DNA of 63,747 nt, counting the filler, from Rhabdomonas costata (taxonomy: Eukaryota), in the NCBI GenBank assembly GCA_019059605.1. It is 34 parts of 34 records of this genome, joined end to end, with 100 filler letters (N's around TTAATTAATTAA, not from the genome) between each part and the next. Parts side by side here need not be neighbours in the genome. Positions count along the whole stretch, not along the records: positions 24,419 to 26,196 come from JAHMHO010009193.1; positions 26,297 to 28,074 come from JAHMHO010009194.1; positions 28,175 to 29,952 come from JAHMHO010009195.1; positions 30,053 to 31,830 come from JAHMHO010009196.1; positions 31,931 to 33,708 come from JAHMHO010009197.1; positions 33,809 to 35,586 come from JAHMHO010009198.1; 28 more parts are not named here. One strand, 5' to 3'. The notes under the pieces are model-generated. The model saw only the letters and a program-made list of their open reading frames with translations. It had not been told where the DNA came from and did no database searches. The position numbers were made by a program, and so were the translations under genes. Shown piece by piece: positions 24,792 through 35,585 of this stretch (positions are counted from its first letter, which is position 1; the number at the start of each line of letters is the position of its first letter).

Positions 24792-26367
24792 GTATGGTTT
24801 TCTTTCTTTCTTCTTTCTTTCTTTTTTGAGCCCACGCATCCGAGGTTGTGGTTTGTGACTTCGTTGCAAATGTCCCTAAGTTGTTGGTGCTGGCGTGGGT
24901 TTGCATGGGGTTGGTTTGGTTTGTGGGTGTGCTTGCTTTGTGCCGGGGATATGTGACTAGCGACCTGCCTGTATCCGTTCAGCCACATGACAGTGAGTCC
25001 TTTCGGATTACCCCTGCCATGCCTTACTACTGCTATGGTTACCAATGCTACCACTGCAGGTTTACTATAACCAGGCCGTTCGCTACTCCGGCGGGCGTGA
25101 AACCATAACTCAAGCCATGGCTACATGGGAGATGCTGCTTGGCCGCTCATCCTCACGGCTGCAAGACACAGTTCTTATACCCTCCCACATAAGACGCTAG
25201 ACGCTAGATCACAGCACCTTGACCAACCTGTGGCGTGTTGATATGACTCGCCTACCCCAGAATCACAGGGGTAGCTAGAGCATTTGAGTGAGGTGTGAAA
25301 GAACCTGTCAGTCACATAGCCCCACCGTTCATCCAAAGCCATCCAGTCTGGTAAATCGCCCCCTTCATGAATCCATAAAGGTGCTTGTCGTATCGCGAGC
25401 TAGGTAGTTTCGTGCTCGGGTGAGTGGAGACAGCGTGTCGTTCATGTCAGCATTGCCTGGGTGCCATTCCTCGGTTTCCAGTAGATTACAGTAGTTGCTG
25501 CTTGCCATCCGGATGACCTTGCGTTCAATCCTTCAAGTGCTTGGCTGAGCTGTCATGCTCGAGCGTCCCCTTTCACACACCTAGGTTTGGATGGCTTGGA
25601 TTTAACTGACGACGTCACTGTTGCCGATTTTTTTTCCTTCACTCATCATCTAAGCTTGGATATCCCGAAGGACATCAGGTGACCCCGAGGGATCCAAAAG
25701 CATGACACCACAAACCCACGCGAATAATAAAACGGTAAATTACACACGGAAGTTCAACCTGACCATCACCCCCAGCCATCACCCTGCGCAACCTACCGCA
25801 ACCACCCCTGAGCCACACCGCACCGATTCACCACCCCAAGCCACCACGACTACCAGAAGACACAGGCCAACACAACCACCCACGCAACCCACCCATGACA
25901 ACAACTGTACTATTAACGCCCACTCCACCAACCTACTCCACGCAACCACCCAACACTCCAATCCACGAAATGCACTGCACACCACGACTCCCGCTTCACC
26001 ACCACCTCCCACTCCCACTCACGCAACCCACCAACTCGGACGCGCACACCACCCAACCCCAGCACTCTGCACCACTCAACACCACCCTCCAACTCACACA
26101 CCCAATCACCACGCCAACTCCAATCCCACTCCCCAACACACCCCTCAACCCACATATGCTACCCTCACACTACCTTTTTTTGAGCCCACCCACACANNNN
26201 NNNNNNNNNNNNNNNNNNNNNNNNNNNNNNNNNNNNNNNNTTAATTAATTAANNNNNNNNNNNNNNNNNNNNNNNNNNNNNNNNNNNNNNNNNNNNTCCC
26301 GAGCATAAGATGGCGAGCGCAGCGACCAACTCTTCCTTGGACTGGGGATGGAGAATGAGGGGCACAC

Positions 26368-27483
26368 CGGGCCAGGGGAGTGGTGACCCGGCGGCCAGGA
26401 ATGCGGTACAAGTACTTCCCCAAGTCCCCTCCGGGCACGAACTCCAGCACCAGGAAAAGCCTGCGGGCAGAGTGTACGTGCGGGTAGGTGGGGTTGGCGC
26501 AAGAACTGGCGGTAGTTTACGCTCCCTACCGCCACGACAAAAAGGAACGCAGCAGCCTATGTACTATCAGCTCTAACACACACATAAACACACACTCAAA
26601 GACCCGTGCACAAGGCATGATTGTGGAGGTGTTTTCCGCCCCCACAGAGCCTTCAGATATTCTCTCGCTGCTTGGCCTTTCAGGGTCTTGGGAAACTTTA
26701 ATGGAGCATTAAACCGCGGCTCTGGGGAGCTCCAACCCTCTGCGCTCGCCCAGTCTTCTCTATAACTCTTCTTCTTCCTGAGATCCTCAGGTCATTATCT
26801 TCTTCCCACAGAGGGCCCGATTGTTGCGCCATCTCTGACGCGCTTCGCCAGAGCAGGGGACTTGGGGATCCTTATCTACCGCTCTCTATGGCCTTCACAG
26901 ATTTTGTCCGGCTGCACCGCTTGGGCTCGAGCTGATTTCTTCCCACCCTTGTGGAGATCCAGGCTGCCGTGCAGGGGAGCTTTAAGCGCGGTGGTACATC
27001 TTAAGAGGACAATGAGCAAAGCAGCAAACCGAAACACCCCGTTCTTCTAATGTGACATTCGTGCGTTTTCACCCAATGCAGGTTGGGTACCCCGACAAAG
27101 CTTTGCAGTCATTCTGCTTTTTCATGGGCAGTGTGAAAGCCGTCGAAGAAAAGGAAACCCATCTGTCAATGCTCCTCGAGGCTGTGGTTGGCCTTTGGCA
27201 CACGCCCGCTCCCACAAACACCGTGTGAGATAGGACTCAGCGACAGATCACACCGAGTGTCAGAGGAGAAGCTCTCCACCAGCTCCACGATGAACGGGTG
27301 CCTCAAACGCTGCAGCACGTCCCGCTCCACAAGGGCCCCCGGCAACGCATTGGTGGCACCATCCTTTTCCAGGGGCTTTGCCTTGGACTTGGCCTTGACC
27401 TTGGTCCCGGTGGGTGGGCCCACGGTGACAGCCTTCAGGGCAAAGCGCTGGCCCTCGCCGTCCTTCCTCTCCACAAGGTAAAC
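26368..27483 (-). CDS. AGC-group Ser/Thr protein kinase, N-lobe fragment
   Basis: Exon 27483-27254 encodes VYLV..FALKAV..ERDVLQRLRHPFIVEL. Exon 26460-26368 encodes LFLVLEFVPGGDL. The intron is phase-2 GT-AG. Confidence 0.88.
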
Positions 27484-28173
27484 CTGTGATAAAGCGACCA
27501 AGAGTCAGGCGTGCGCAGGTTGAGGACTCAGTACAGGCACAAAACACAACAAGCGGGAAAATCGCAAGTGGCGGACCAGCAAGTAAGCAACGAATTCCCG
27601 ACAGGAAAGTTGATCCGAAAATTAAAGGAGAGGGGGCCACGCTGCCCACGTAAGTGAGGGCGAAAAGAGAAGAAAAAATGAGCCCTGGGGATGCCTCATC
27701 AGAATTTCTCCCTTTTGTGGATACAGAGACATTGACGGTATCAGACACTTTTGGATAGCAATGATGGCGAAGAATCCCAAAAACGCACAACCCAGTCGAC
27801 AACCGAAAATAAAAACCCAAAATCCAGAGTGCAGAATGATCGATGGCGTCTTGGCTGCTTGACCACACAGACATGGCATGCACAAGGCAAAAATTCGTTC
27901 TCCTTCAGGTGGGTCTCTGAATGATTCTCCTGCACCCGTGGCCGCTGATTTGGGGGAATGACCACACCTTCCTCTACTGCTGGGCAGAGGTACTCAAAAA
28001 ACCTCACTGGCACAACTAAAACGCAAACACGTACACACACACTGTAGAAAGAGTGAAAGGCGCATACAACACCCNNNNNNNNNNNNNNNNNNNNNNNNNN
28101 NNNNNNNNNNNNNNNNNNTTAATTAATTAANNNNNNNNNNNNNNNNNNNNNNNNNNNNNNNNNNNNNNNNNNN

Positions 28174-29775
28174 NGGGGGGTTGGCCCGGCAGCGGAGATC
28201 CGCGCGAGAGGGGGCCGCCGCTCCTTCGTTATCACCAGCCGAGTGCTGCGGACCTGGAAGCTGCTGCAGCGGTGCCGAAAGGCCAGGCAGCCTGTACTTG
28301 TGGTGGGCCCTCCTGGAGTTGGCAAGACCGAGACCCTGATGGCCTTCCTGCAGTGGGTGGGCTTCCGCAGCGAGAAGATCATGCTGGTTAACCTTACCTC
28401 AGAGACTGACTCGGGTTCGCTGATTGGGATGATCCTCCCCGTTGGGGGCAAGTTCAAATGGGTGGACGGTTACGTCGCAGATGCCTTCACCAAGGGCACT
28501 CCTCTGGTCCTCAACAACCTGTCGGAGCCCCGTGCGATGGTCACGGAAGGGCTGAATTCCGTGCTCGAGAGGAACCCGGTGCTGCACGTCGCACAGAATG
28601 AGGAGAAGGTCCCCCGGGTGATGGGACAGGGCTTCTGGCCGGTGGGTGTCATGGACAAGCAGGGCTTGATCTCAGATGCTCTGAAGAATCGGTTTGCGTT
28701 GATCAATCTCGAGCCAGAAAGCAGCCCCACGGCAATCCGAAACCTGGCCGCTTCTTGCCTGCAAGCAATGTGCCAGGCTGCCGTGAGCGCGCTTTATGGT
28801 TGCACTTGCGAATTCTGGCAGCAGGCTCGGTTCCTCCGCTGCGTGGCTACACTGGAGCACTCCCGCATCCCGATTTCGATGCAGCAGCTACTTGTCCTTT
28901 GCCAGATCTTGACCGTGGGCAGGTGCTCCTGTCTCCCAGATGGTGTGGCGAGTCTCTTTCTGGGAAACGTACGCCTGTTCTTCGGACTGGACCCTTCTTC
29001 CACGGAGTGGCCTTGGACCAACGCGGAGTTCTTTGTGAGTCCCCGAAGGCTCGCTGTGCTGGCTGTTGTTTGCGTGGTGATGCAGTGCCGCCAACCCATT
29101 ATTCTGGAGGGGCCCACTAGCGTCGGGAAAACCTCCCTGGTCAAGCTGATTGCGAAGTACCAAAAGCAGTTCCTCCCCAAGAGCTCGGCACCACGGCGGG
29201 TGGTGATAGTGCCCAACTCCATCAACACCACCGTGCAGGACTACACGGGAACCTACGAGCTGGGGAACTTTACGTTTCAGCGTGGGCCTCTGCTGGAAGC
29301 TCTCATGGACGGGCTGGTTTTTATCGCCGATGAGTTGAACCTCGCCCCTGCGTCTGTGCTCGCGTTTTTGGCTCCCGTGCTGAAAGGCCAGACCGTGCTT
29401 CGTCTTCCTGGGGTCCCGTTCTTGGTGCATGTGGCGCCAGGATTCTTGTTCGTGGCCACGCAGAACCCAGCGGGAACCTCCGGGCGCAACGCCCTTCCCC
29501 CTCAGGTGCAGCGACACTGCATTACGATTACTCACCCGGGCTTCCAGCGCGACGAGTTGCTGGACGTCCTCACCCACCAGGTGGCCCCTGTGTTGTCCCC
29601 GAAAAATCCTGAGGCCGCGGTAAAGCAAGCTCGTGAGGTGGCAGAGCAGATGCTTGTGATGCTCAACTGGAACGACAACATAACGCTGAGGCAGTTTCTT
29701 CGCTGGGTAGGCCGAGCCAGGTTTGCGAACTCCGCCGCTTCTCCGGGAATGAGCGCTAGGGGCCTTTTTGTGTAA
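28174..29775 (+). CDS. Midasin/Rea1-like protein, two tandem MoxR-type AAA modules (partial)
   Basis: One open frame of about 1.6 kb contains GPPGVGKT..VNLTSETD..LIG..FKWVDG..EGLNSVLE and EGPTSVGKT..TTVQDYTG..GPLLEA..FIADELNLA..FVATQNP..GRNALP. The true 3' boundary may be a splice donor near 29721. Confidence 0.85.
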   Translation, partial: XGVGPAAEIRARGGRRSFVITSRVLRTWKLLQRCRKARQPVLVVGPPGVGKTETLMAFLQWVGFRSEKIMLVNLTSETDSGSLIGMILPVGGKFKWVDGYVADAFTKGTPLVLNNLSEPRAMVTEGLNSVLERNPVLHVAQNEEKVPRVMGQGFWPVGVMDKQGLISDALKNRFALINLEPESSPTAIRNLAASCLQAMCQAAVSALYGCTCEFWQQARFLRCVATLEHSRIPISMQQLLVLCQILTVGRCSCLPDGVASLFLGNVRLFFGLDPSSTEWPWTNAEFFVSPRRLAVLAVVCVVMQCRQPIILEGPTSVGKTSLVKLIAKYQKQFLPKSSAPRRVVIVPNSINTTVQDYTGTYELGNFTFQRGPLLEALMDGLVFIADELNLAPASVLAFLAPVLKGQTVLRLPGVPFLVHVAPGFLFVATQNPAGTSGRNALPPQVQRHCITITHPGFQRDELLDVLTHQVAPVLSPKNPEAAVKQAREVAEQMLVMLNWNDNITLRQFLRWVGRARFANSAASPGMSARGLFV

Positions 29776-30805
29776 CAGGCCGAGTTAATCGCCGGGGGGG
29801 GGGGGTAACCTTTATTTACCCCGCAATAATCATTGAAAATTAAAAATGTGCGTTAGCTCTCCACCCCCAGGAGTCAGAGTTCAAGAATTCATGTTGCCGC
29901 AGTCCCGGGATCACAATCCTGTGTGCCTCCTTTACCGATCACCCCCAACCCCNNNNNNNNNNNNNNNNNNNNNNNNNNNNNNNNNNNNNNNNNNNNTTAA
30001 TTAATTAANNNNNNNNNNNNNNNNNNNNNNNNNNNNNNNNNNNNNNNNNNNNGGTTTTGGGGAATTGACCCGTTTTTTTCCAATGCTGAGGCGATTTCGC
30101 CGCAATTTTGTCTGGAAAAAAGATGCGAAAATGGTTGAGTTGACTCCTGCACACCTTGCAGTACTTTCACCTCTCCTCTGGGTTTGTTTCCTCTATTATA
30201 ATGGCACCGTTTGCTGCAGCCACAAAGCAAGTTGGTCTTCTAGACGCACAGGTTTCTGTTTTCTTTCCGTGGGGTATCCAGAGCGGAAAATAGTTGTGAA
30301 ATGTTGCTACGACTTATTTTTATACATCTTTGCATGTTGGAGCAACGCTCTCAAGATAACAAGAAGAGAAGGTGGGGCGAGGCGGGCATCGGTCTTGCTG
30401 AATAGCAAATCTGCAAGTCTCGAGATATGTAGGTGCTAAAACAAGAGATAAAAGAGCAGAAAAGTTGGGGCGTAGCCCACCGATGAATTTGATGCAGCCC
30501 CCCCCCCCCCGTCATCCTGCGGGTACAACATGATACCGAAGATCCGCAGAAACTCCATTGTTTCTTTCTCTTTGTGTGCAGCTGACGAACTGGCACGCTG
30601 AATTCATGCAGTTTCTGGTCAGCAGCACTGCCGGGGATGTTGCGATCCGAAGACAGCGGTTAACCTGTGCCATTTCGTTTCTCAAAGAGGTGGTGTCTGC
30701 TCCGCTGCTTCAGAAGCTGAACTTCCTAAGGTGTGCGTACCCTCCAACGGGGCAAGCGGGTGGGCTAGCATCGGCTCTGCTGCGCAATCAATCATGTGTG
30801 TGTTC

Positions 30806-31504
30806 TCAGTGTGGGAAGCCCAGGGTTCCATCAGGGGATTGAGGAGTGCATCCCAAAACATGAAGACCCGAAGACCCGAAGGCCAACACATGCGCCACCC
30901 ACAAGGGAGCGCAGGGCACATGCGAGGGAGACCGTGCACTATCTCCTGGGGGAAGAGGAGCACCGGAGTTGAGCCGCTTGGAGGCGTTGGACACGAGCGT
31001 CACGAGAACCTGCTCGGGAGGAGATGAGCGCCGACGTCGCTTGGGTAAGGGTACTGTGCCGGGCCACCACAGATGCGCGAGAACTCTGCACGAGGGAGTG
31101 GTGTCGATTCGTAGCGACCACCTGCGGAGCTTGTTATAGGTCACACCCGGGGAGAGCTGCGAGTTGATCACCCTCGACATCACCCACTGGGAGAGCTCCA
31201 AATCGGCCGCCACGACATCCAGCAGGTATTTGTGAAGGAAGATAGCCGCTGCTTGAGGTGCGCCACGCGAAGGAAACAGACTGCCGATTGGCCTCCCACA
31301 GAGCAGGAGGGCGACCCTCCCGTCCCGTGTTCCACGGAGATATCCACGAAGGTTGGGGTGCCGCTTCAGCCACGCGTGCAGGGCCACCGCTGCGGCGCGG
31401 GTGGCAATAGCTGCTCCCTTGAAGGTGCGGAAAACAGCTGAAGCAGAAGCAGGCGGCAGAGGGGCAGCGAGTTCAGCTTGGCGAACATCGGCCACCCTCA
31501 ACAC
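30806..31504 (-). CDS. Intronless ORF of unknown nature, possibly a transposon relic
   Basis: 232-codon GC-rich ORF with only a weak resemblance to tyrosine-recombinase motifs (LLLCGRPIGSL; NKLRR). Confidence 0.25.
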   Translation of the reverse strand: MLRVADVRQAELAAPLPPASASAVFRTFKGAAIATRAAAVALHAWLKRHPNLRGYLRGTRDGRVALLLCGRPIGSLFPSRGAPQAAAIFLHKYLLDVVAADLELSQWVMSRVINSQLSPGVTYNKLRRWSLRIDTTPSCRVLAHLWWPGTVPLPKRRRRSSPPEQVLVTLVSNASKRLNSGAPLPPGDSARSPSHVPCAPLWVAHVLAFGSSGLHVLGCTPQSPDGTLGFPH

Positions 31505-32502
31505 TCGGGCAGTACCGCCACCAGTAAAGGCGAAAGATGTGGAATCGCAGCTTTGCCGTCAGAAAGCGGCATCACTACTTCGCGTTCTCAGCACACCTCA
31601 ACGAACTGAAACCTCGAAATAATAATATCTCAGAAAATGGCTCTAGGGACGACAGTGTGCATGTTCCCTCAACCTTTCCACTTCCGTCGACCCTTTGTGT
31701 GGATAGACGTGTGACATGTGCGGCCCCTGGCATCTGCGGCCTTGGAACCTCCCAGCTCTTCACCAGTGTGGGTCTGCCTCGGACGAACTTGGTCCCCGCA
31801 GACCTCTTTCTCCCGCTTTTCTCCCACAACNNNNNNNNNNNNNNNNNNNNNNNNNNNNNNNNNNNNNNNNNNNNTTAATTAATTAANNNNNNNNNNNNNN
31901 NNNNNNNNNNNNNNNNNNNNNNNNNNNNNNCTCCAGCTCAGCGGAAGAACAGAAGGCAGACAAGAGAACACGGAAAGTGCGTGAGCATGTCTGTGCCAAG
32001 CGGCGAGTGGAAGGGCGTGACCTCCAGAACTGCGCAAAGAGTGAGGTGTAGGGACACTGCGGTGAGGGCCTGTGTGTGGTTAAGGCCAACTGTGAGGAAC
32101 TGCTAGTTGGGAAGAGGGGGGTGAGTGGAGTCGCTCCGTCTCTTATGTGGCTGCGAGCATGGGGCGCTAGAGTCAACAGGATTACCGGGGCAGCGCCGCC
32201 CACAGGGAAGCCTTTGATCCGTGGGCGAAGAATCAGCACAGAGGGGCAGGAAGAGTACGAGCATCACCAGAAAAACAGCAAAAAAAAAATGTACTGCGAA
32301 TAAACGGAAAACATCAGCAAGAAATGTTGCCAAAAAAACCACCAAATGCAGGGGTTCAGAAATAGTAAAGAACGTCATCTCGTATTCCAAGCTTCCGCAT
32401 ACCGCTTTGTATACTTCAAGCGTCTTGCCCAGTGTGCTTTCCGCGCGATGCCAACGGCACAGGGGTGACCGTGGTTTTGAGTTTTTTGCCTCTCACGGTG
32501 AC

Positions 32503-33351
32503 ATGGCACAGGTCCATCCGCTAATGAAATCTGGCTTGTGGTTTGTAATTTTTCGATTTCCCCTTGTCTCCTTGTGCGTTTTTGTCGTTCATGTTCACCT
32601 GTGTACTCGCACAACTGTCTCTTTCATCATCTCTGTGCGAATTCACTGGTTTAGGTGGTGGCGGAGTACTTCAACAATCTCTCGCTACTTGTGGGCAACG
32701 ACAAGGAGAGAATTGACGAACTCACTGCGCTTGCCCGCGAGGCCAGGGAGAAACACTGCCGGGAGATTGTGCACGCCGTGGAGCGCAGGATTCTGACGGT
32801 TTCGCAGCGCTCTTCTGCTTCTTCGGACAGAGGATCGGCAGAACTCCCACTTCCATTTAACAGGGAAGTTCTGGTTTTAGTCTTATAAGCAAAGCAATTG
32901 CTCGGGCTTTTGATGCCGCGGTGGGCATTTTTATAGTTCCTTCTCTGTACACATAAACTGTGATCCCGAAAGCTGGTTTTGAGAGCTTTGCTTAGGCTCA
33001 CTGGCTGCTGACTTGGCCACCCCATCACCCCGCCTTCCTCTTCTGAAAAAGCGTGGCTCTCAAAACCTCGATCTCTTCAGCTTTTGGAACGGTGCATTAA
33101 GGCGACTGACATCCTTCTTACCTCCTTCTTACACTCGCTGGGATGAGCAGGAATGAAAGGACAGGGATGCATGCTGAAATACCCATCATGATATTCTCTC
33201 CTTTATTCAGAGTTCGGGGGAATCGCGACTGGCGGCTTGGTACGTCATGGACTCTATCCTCAAGAACGTCGGTGAGCCCTTCATTGCGCAGTTCTCGGAG
33301 AACCTCCCGAAGCTGGCCAGCAAGTACATGGTCATCAACAGTGAGAGCAGG
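32503..33351 (+). CDS. PCF11: CTD-interacting domain (CID) protein, Pcf11-like, N-terminus
   Basis: Exons are 32503-32511 (MAQ), 32655-32798 (EYFNNLSLLVGNDKERIDELTALARE..IVHAVERRI) and 33211-~33351 (RLAAWYVMDSILKNVGEPFIAQFSENL). They contain the DSIxKN CID signature. Confidence 0.8.
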
Positions 33352-33531
33352 GTGCGTGCAACTCCCTTCTTCCTTTGCCTCTCTGGTCACCATTTTCTCA
33401 TGGGGTGAGAGGCAGTACACAGCTGCCACACCGAACAGCCTGCTCAAGGCCCTACATTTTGTTGGTTATACACATCGTTGTCTGCGCACGGTGGATACTG
33501 TGAGCGAACGTACCGCGCAGCGGGGAGTGAG

Positions 33532-33595
33532 TGAACCACTACATTTAGGGAGTATACGAGTGCACACGAGTATACTCCCTAAATGTAGTGGTTCA
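33532..33595. repeat. Internal perfect hairpin, 26-bp arms, 12-nt loop
   Basis: tgaaccactacatttagggagtatac / gtatactccctaaatgtagtggttca. A second hairpin with 23-bp arms lies at 33643-33703. Confidence 0.92.
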
Positions 33596-33985
33596 ATTTG
33601 GTCGTCAATGGCTCACAATGGCGACCGATGGGGCATAATGGCGTTTTCATCACACTCCGATGGATATGAAGCAAAAAAAAATCCATCGGAGTGTGATGAA
33701 AACACCACNNNNNNNNNNNNNNNNNNNNNNNNNNNNNNNNNNNNNNNNNNNNTTAATTAATTAANNNNNNNNNNNNNNNNNNNNNNNNNNNNNNNNNNNN
33801 NNNNNNNNGTGGGGTTTGCTCCAGAACACCTGTGTATATTGATACAAGCCATAAATCGACCCTTCATATGCCGTGTAACAGACTGGTGTTCTGGAGCAAA
33901 CCCTGGGAATATATGCATTAGCCCTGACAAAGCACTAACACTTCTTTTTGAGCGGTTTAAAACCCCGGTCACGGTTCGGCGTCAC

Positions 33986-35368
33986 CTGGCTCAGGGACAT
34001 CTCGCAATAGGGCTGGATGACATAGGTCAAGGCCTTGGGGCAGAGTAGCATATGAACAGCGCTGGCCATCTTGAGCACCAGCTGCAGCTCGACGGACAGT
34101 CGGTCGATTCGTGCGCGCACAAAGCCCGTCATCGTGTCCGGCAGAGGGGGCAGGTGGGGTTCTTGGGTCGTCACGTCAAACGACACGGGGACCTGCAACG
34201 AAGAAGGTCGCACGAACTAACATTACATGGATTACAAGTCATCATCATCGCGGGGAAGTTGACCAGATGCCACAGTCGTGCGTGCAAACACAAAATCACA
34301 GACACAAAGATATGTACTGGGTACAGCATCTGGCGCAGGCACAGAGTTCTCCAATCACTCCTCGCTCATCCCAATCACGCAACAAGGCCCTGATATTTCT
34401 GGGTAGATAAACGAGGCTACCAAACCCGTCCATGCGGCACAACCCCTGCATACAGCGCGTTTCTATTCGCACGAGCCAGCCAGTGAAACCATCAGCAGAC
34501 TTGTGCCACTAATTGACTGGCGTTGCTGAGGACGCGCAATTCCGTATTTTGCTTGATAAAAAACATGGGGAAGTGGCTTCCGAGAGGGATGCGACCAAAC
34601 TGGCACAATTGAAACATAGAGGAAGGCCGCACAGCCAGCGCAAAGCGGTGTGGTCATACCAGCAGGTCACCCTGAACAGCCGCCAGGGGCTCGGCACCAC
34701 CGACGGAATTCCGCAGCAGCCGTGTCACCTCGGCCACGAACAGCGGTCGCCTGCAAGGGAGACAAACAAAACACAGAAAAATTTGCTTTTGCCAACATTC
34801 GCGGTCCAGCGGCACACAAGCCAACAAAGGCTCTGGCGAATTCGGTTCGTTACGGGCAAACCCGGAGGACCCTGGGACGTAGCACGGAGGCTAAAACAGC
34901 TGAGCCTGCTGCAACGCATTGTCATGGCGCGACGTGGCGTCGCTTATAAGCGACTTATAAGCGAAAATAAAACCCTCAAGCTCTGCAAAGGCGGGCAAAG
35001 CACAGGGGCATGGGGCCGCATCCTTACCCGGAAGCGTTCTGCCACACTGCCAACGCAAGGCGGGGGTCGATCAACTGCACCCCAACTGACTTCAGCAGGG
35101 CGATCATCAGCTCCTGCTCCCCCCACCACCACCACCACGAAAACAACGCTTTGTGATGATCCAACAGAATAGTTTCTGACAAACTGAGGAGCAGAGACAG
35201 CTGCACGGCTCAGCGACAGGAACAAGGCAATACCTCTGTCTCCTGAAGAGACAAGGGGGTCTGCTCCTCGCTCAACACCAACTCAGCGCCGGGAAGAGAA
35301 CTAATCATTGTCGTAAGGGGGTGCTCGGTTGTCGGGCGGGGGTGCTCGGAGTCGGAAACCTGTGCATC
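33986..35368 (-). CDS. STAND-class NTPase region of ADCY10/bacterial cyclase-AAA type (fragment)
   Basis: GT-AG exons 35368-35234, 35113-35028, 34750-34660 and 34192-33986 give ..PLSLQETE..VWQNASGRPLFVAEV..LPDTMTGFVRARIDRLSVELQLVLKMASAV, with GxP and 'ARIDRL....VLxxAS' motifs. Confidence 0.8.
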
Positions 35369-35450
35369 CTGAATAACATCAGAGCCCACCCCAACAACCA
35401 AAACACCTAAACCTCACTACGCTGCTTCTGTTTTCCGTTTGCCTGATGGC

Positions 35451-35585
35451 TGGGCTCGCTCAACAAAACAACGCTTCTTGAGTTATATCACCCTTTTATC
35501 TCACAGGCGAACAATGAAAAACGCTTCCGAAAAAGGACAAAAGGGTGATATAACTCAAGATGCGTTGTTTTGTTGAGCGAACCCA
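35451..35585. repeat. Imperfect hairpin, 50-bp arms with 3 mismatches
   Basis: 35451-35500 matches the reverse complement of 35536-35585; located at the contig end. Confidence 0.9.

Noticed and set aside
25702-26195. T/P/H-rich ORF resembling a mucin
   Set aside because: It is a by-product of C/A-skewed low-complexity DNA with no splice or homology support.
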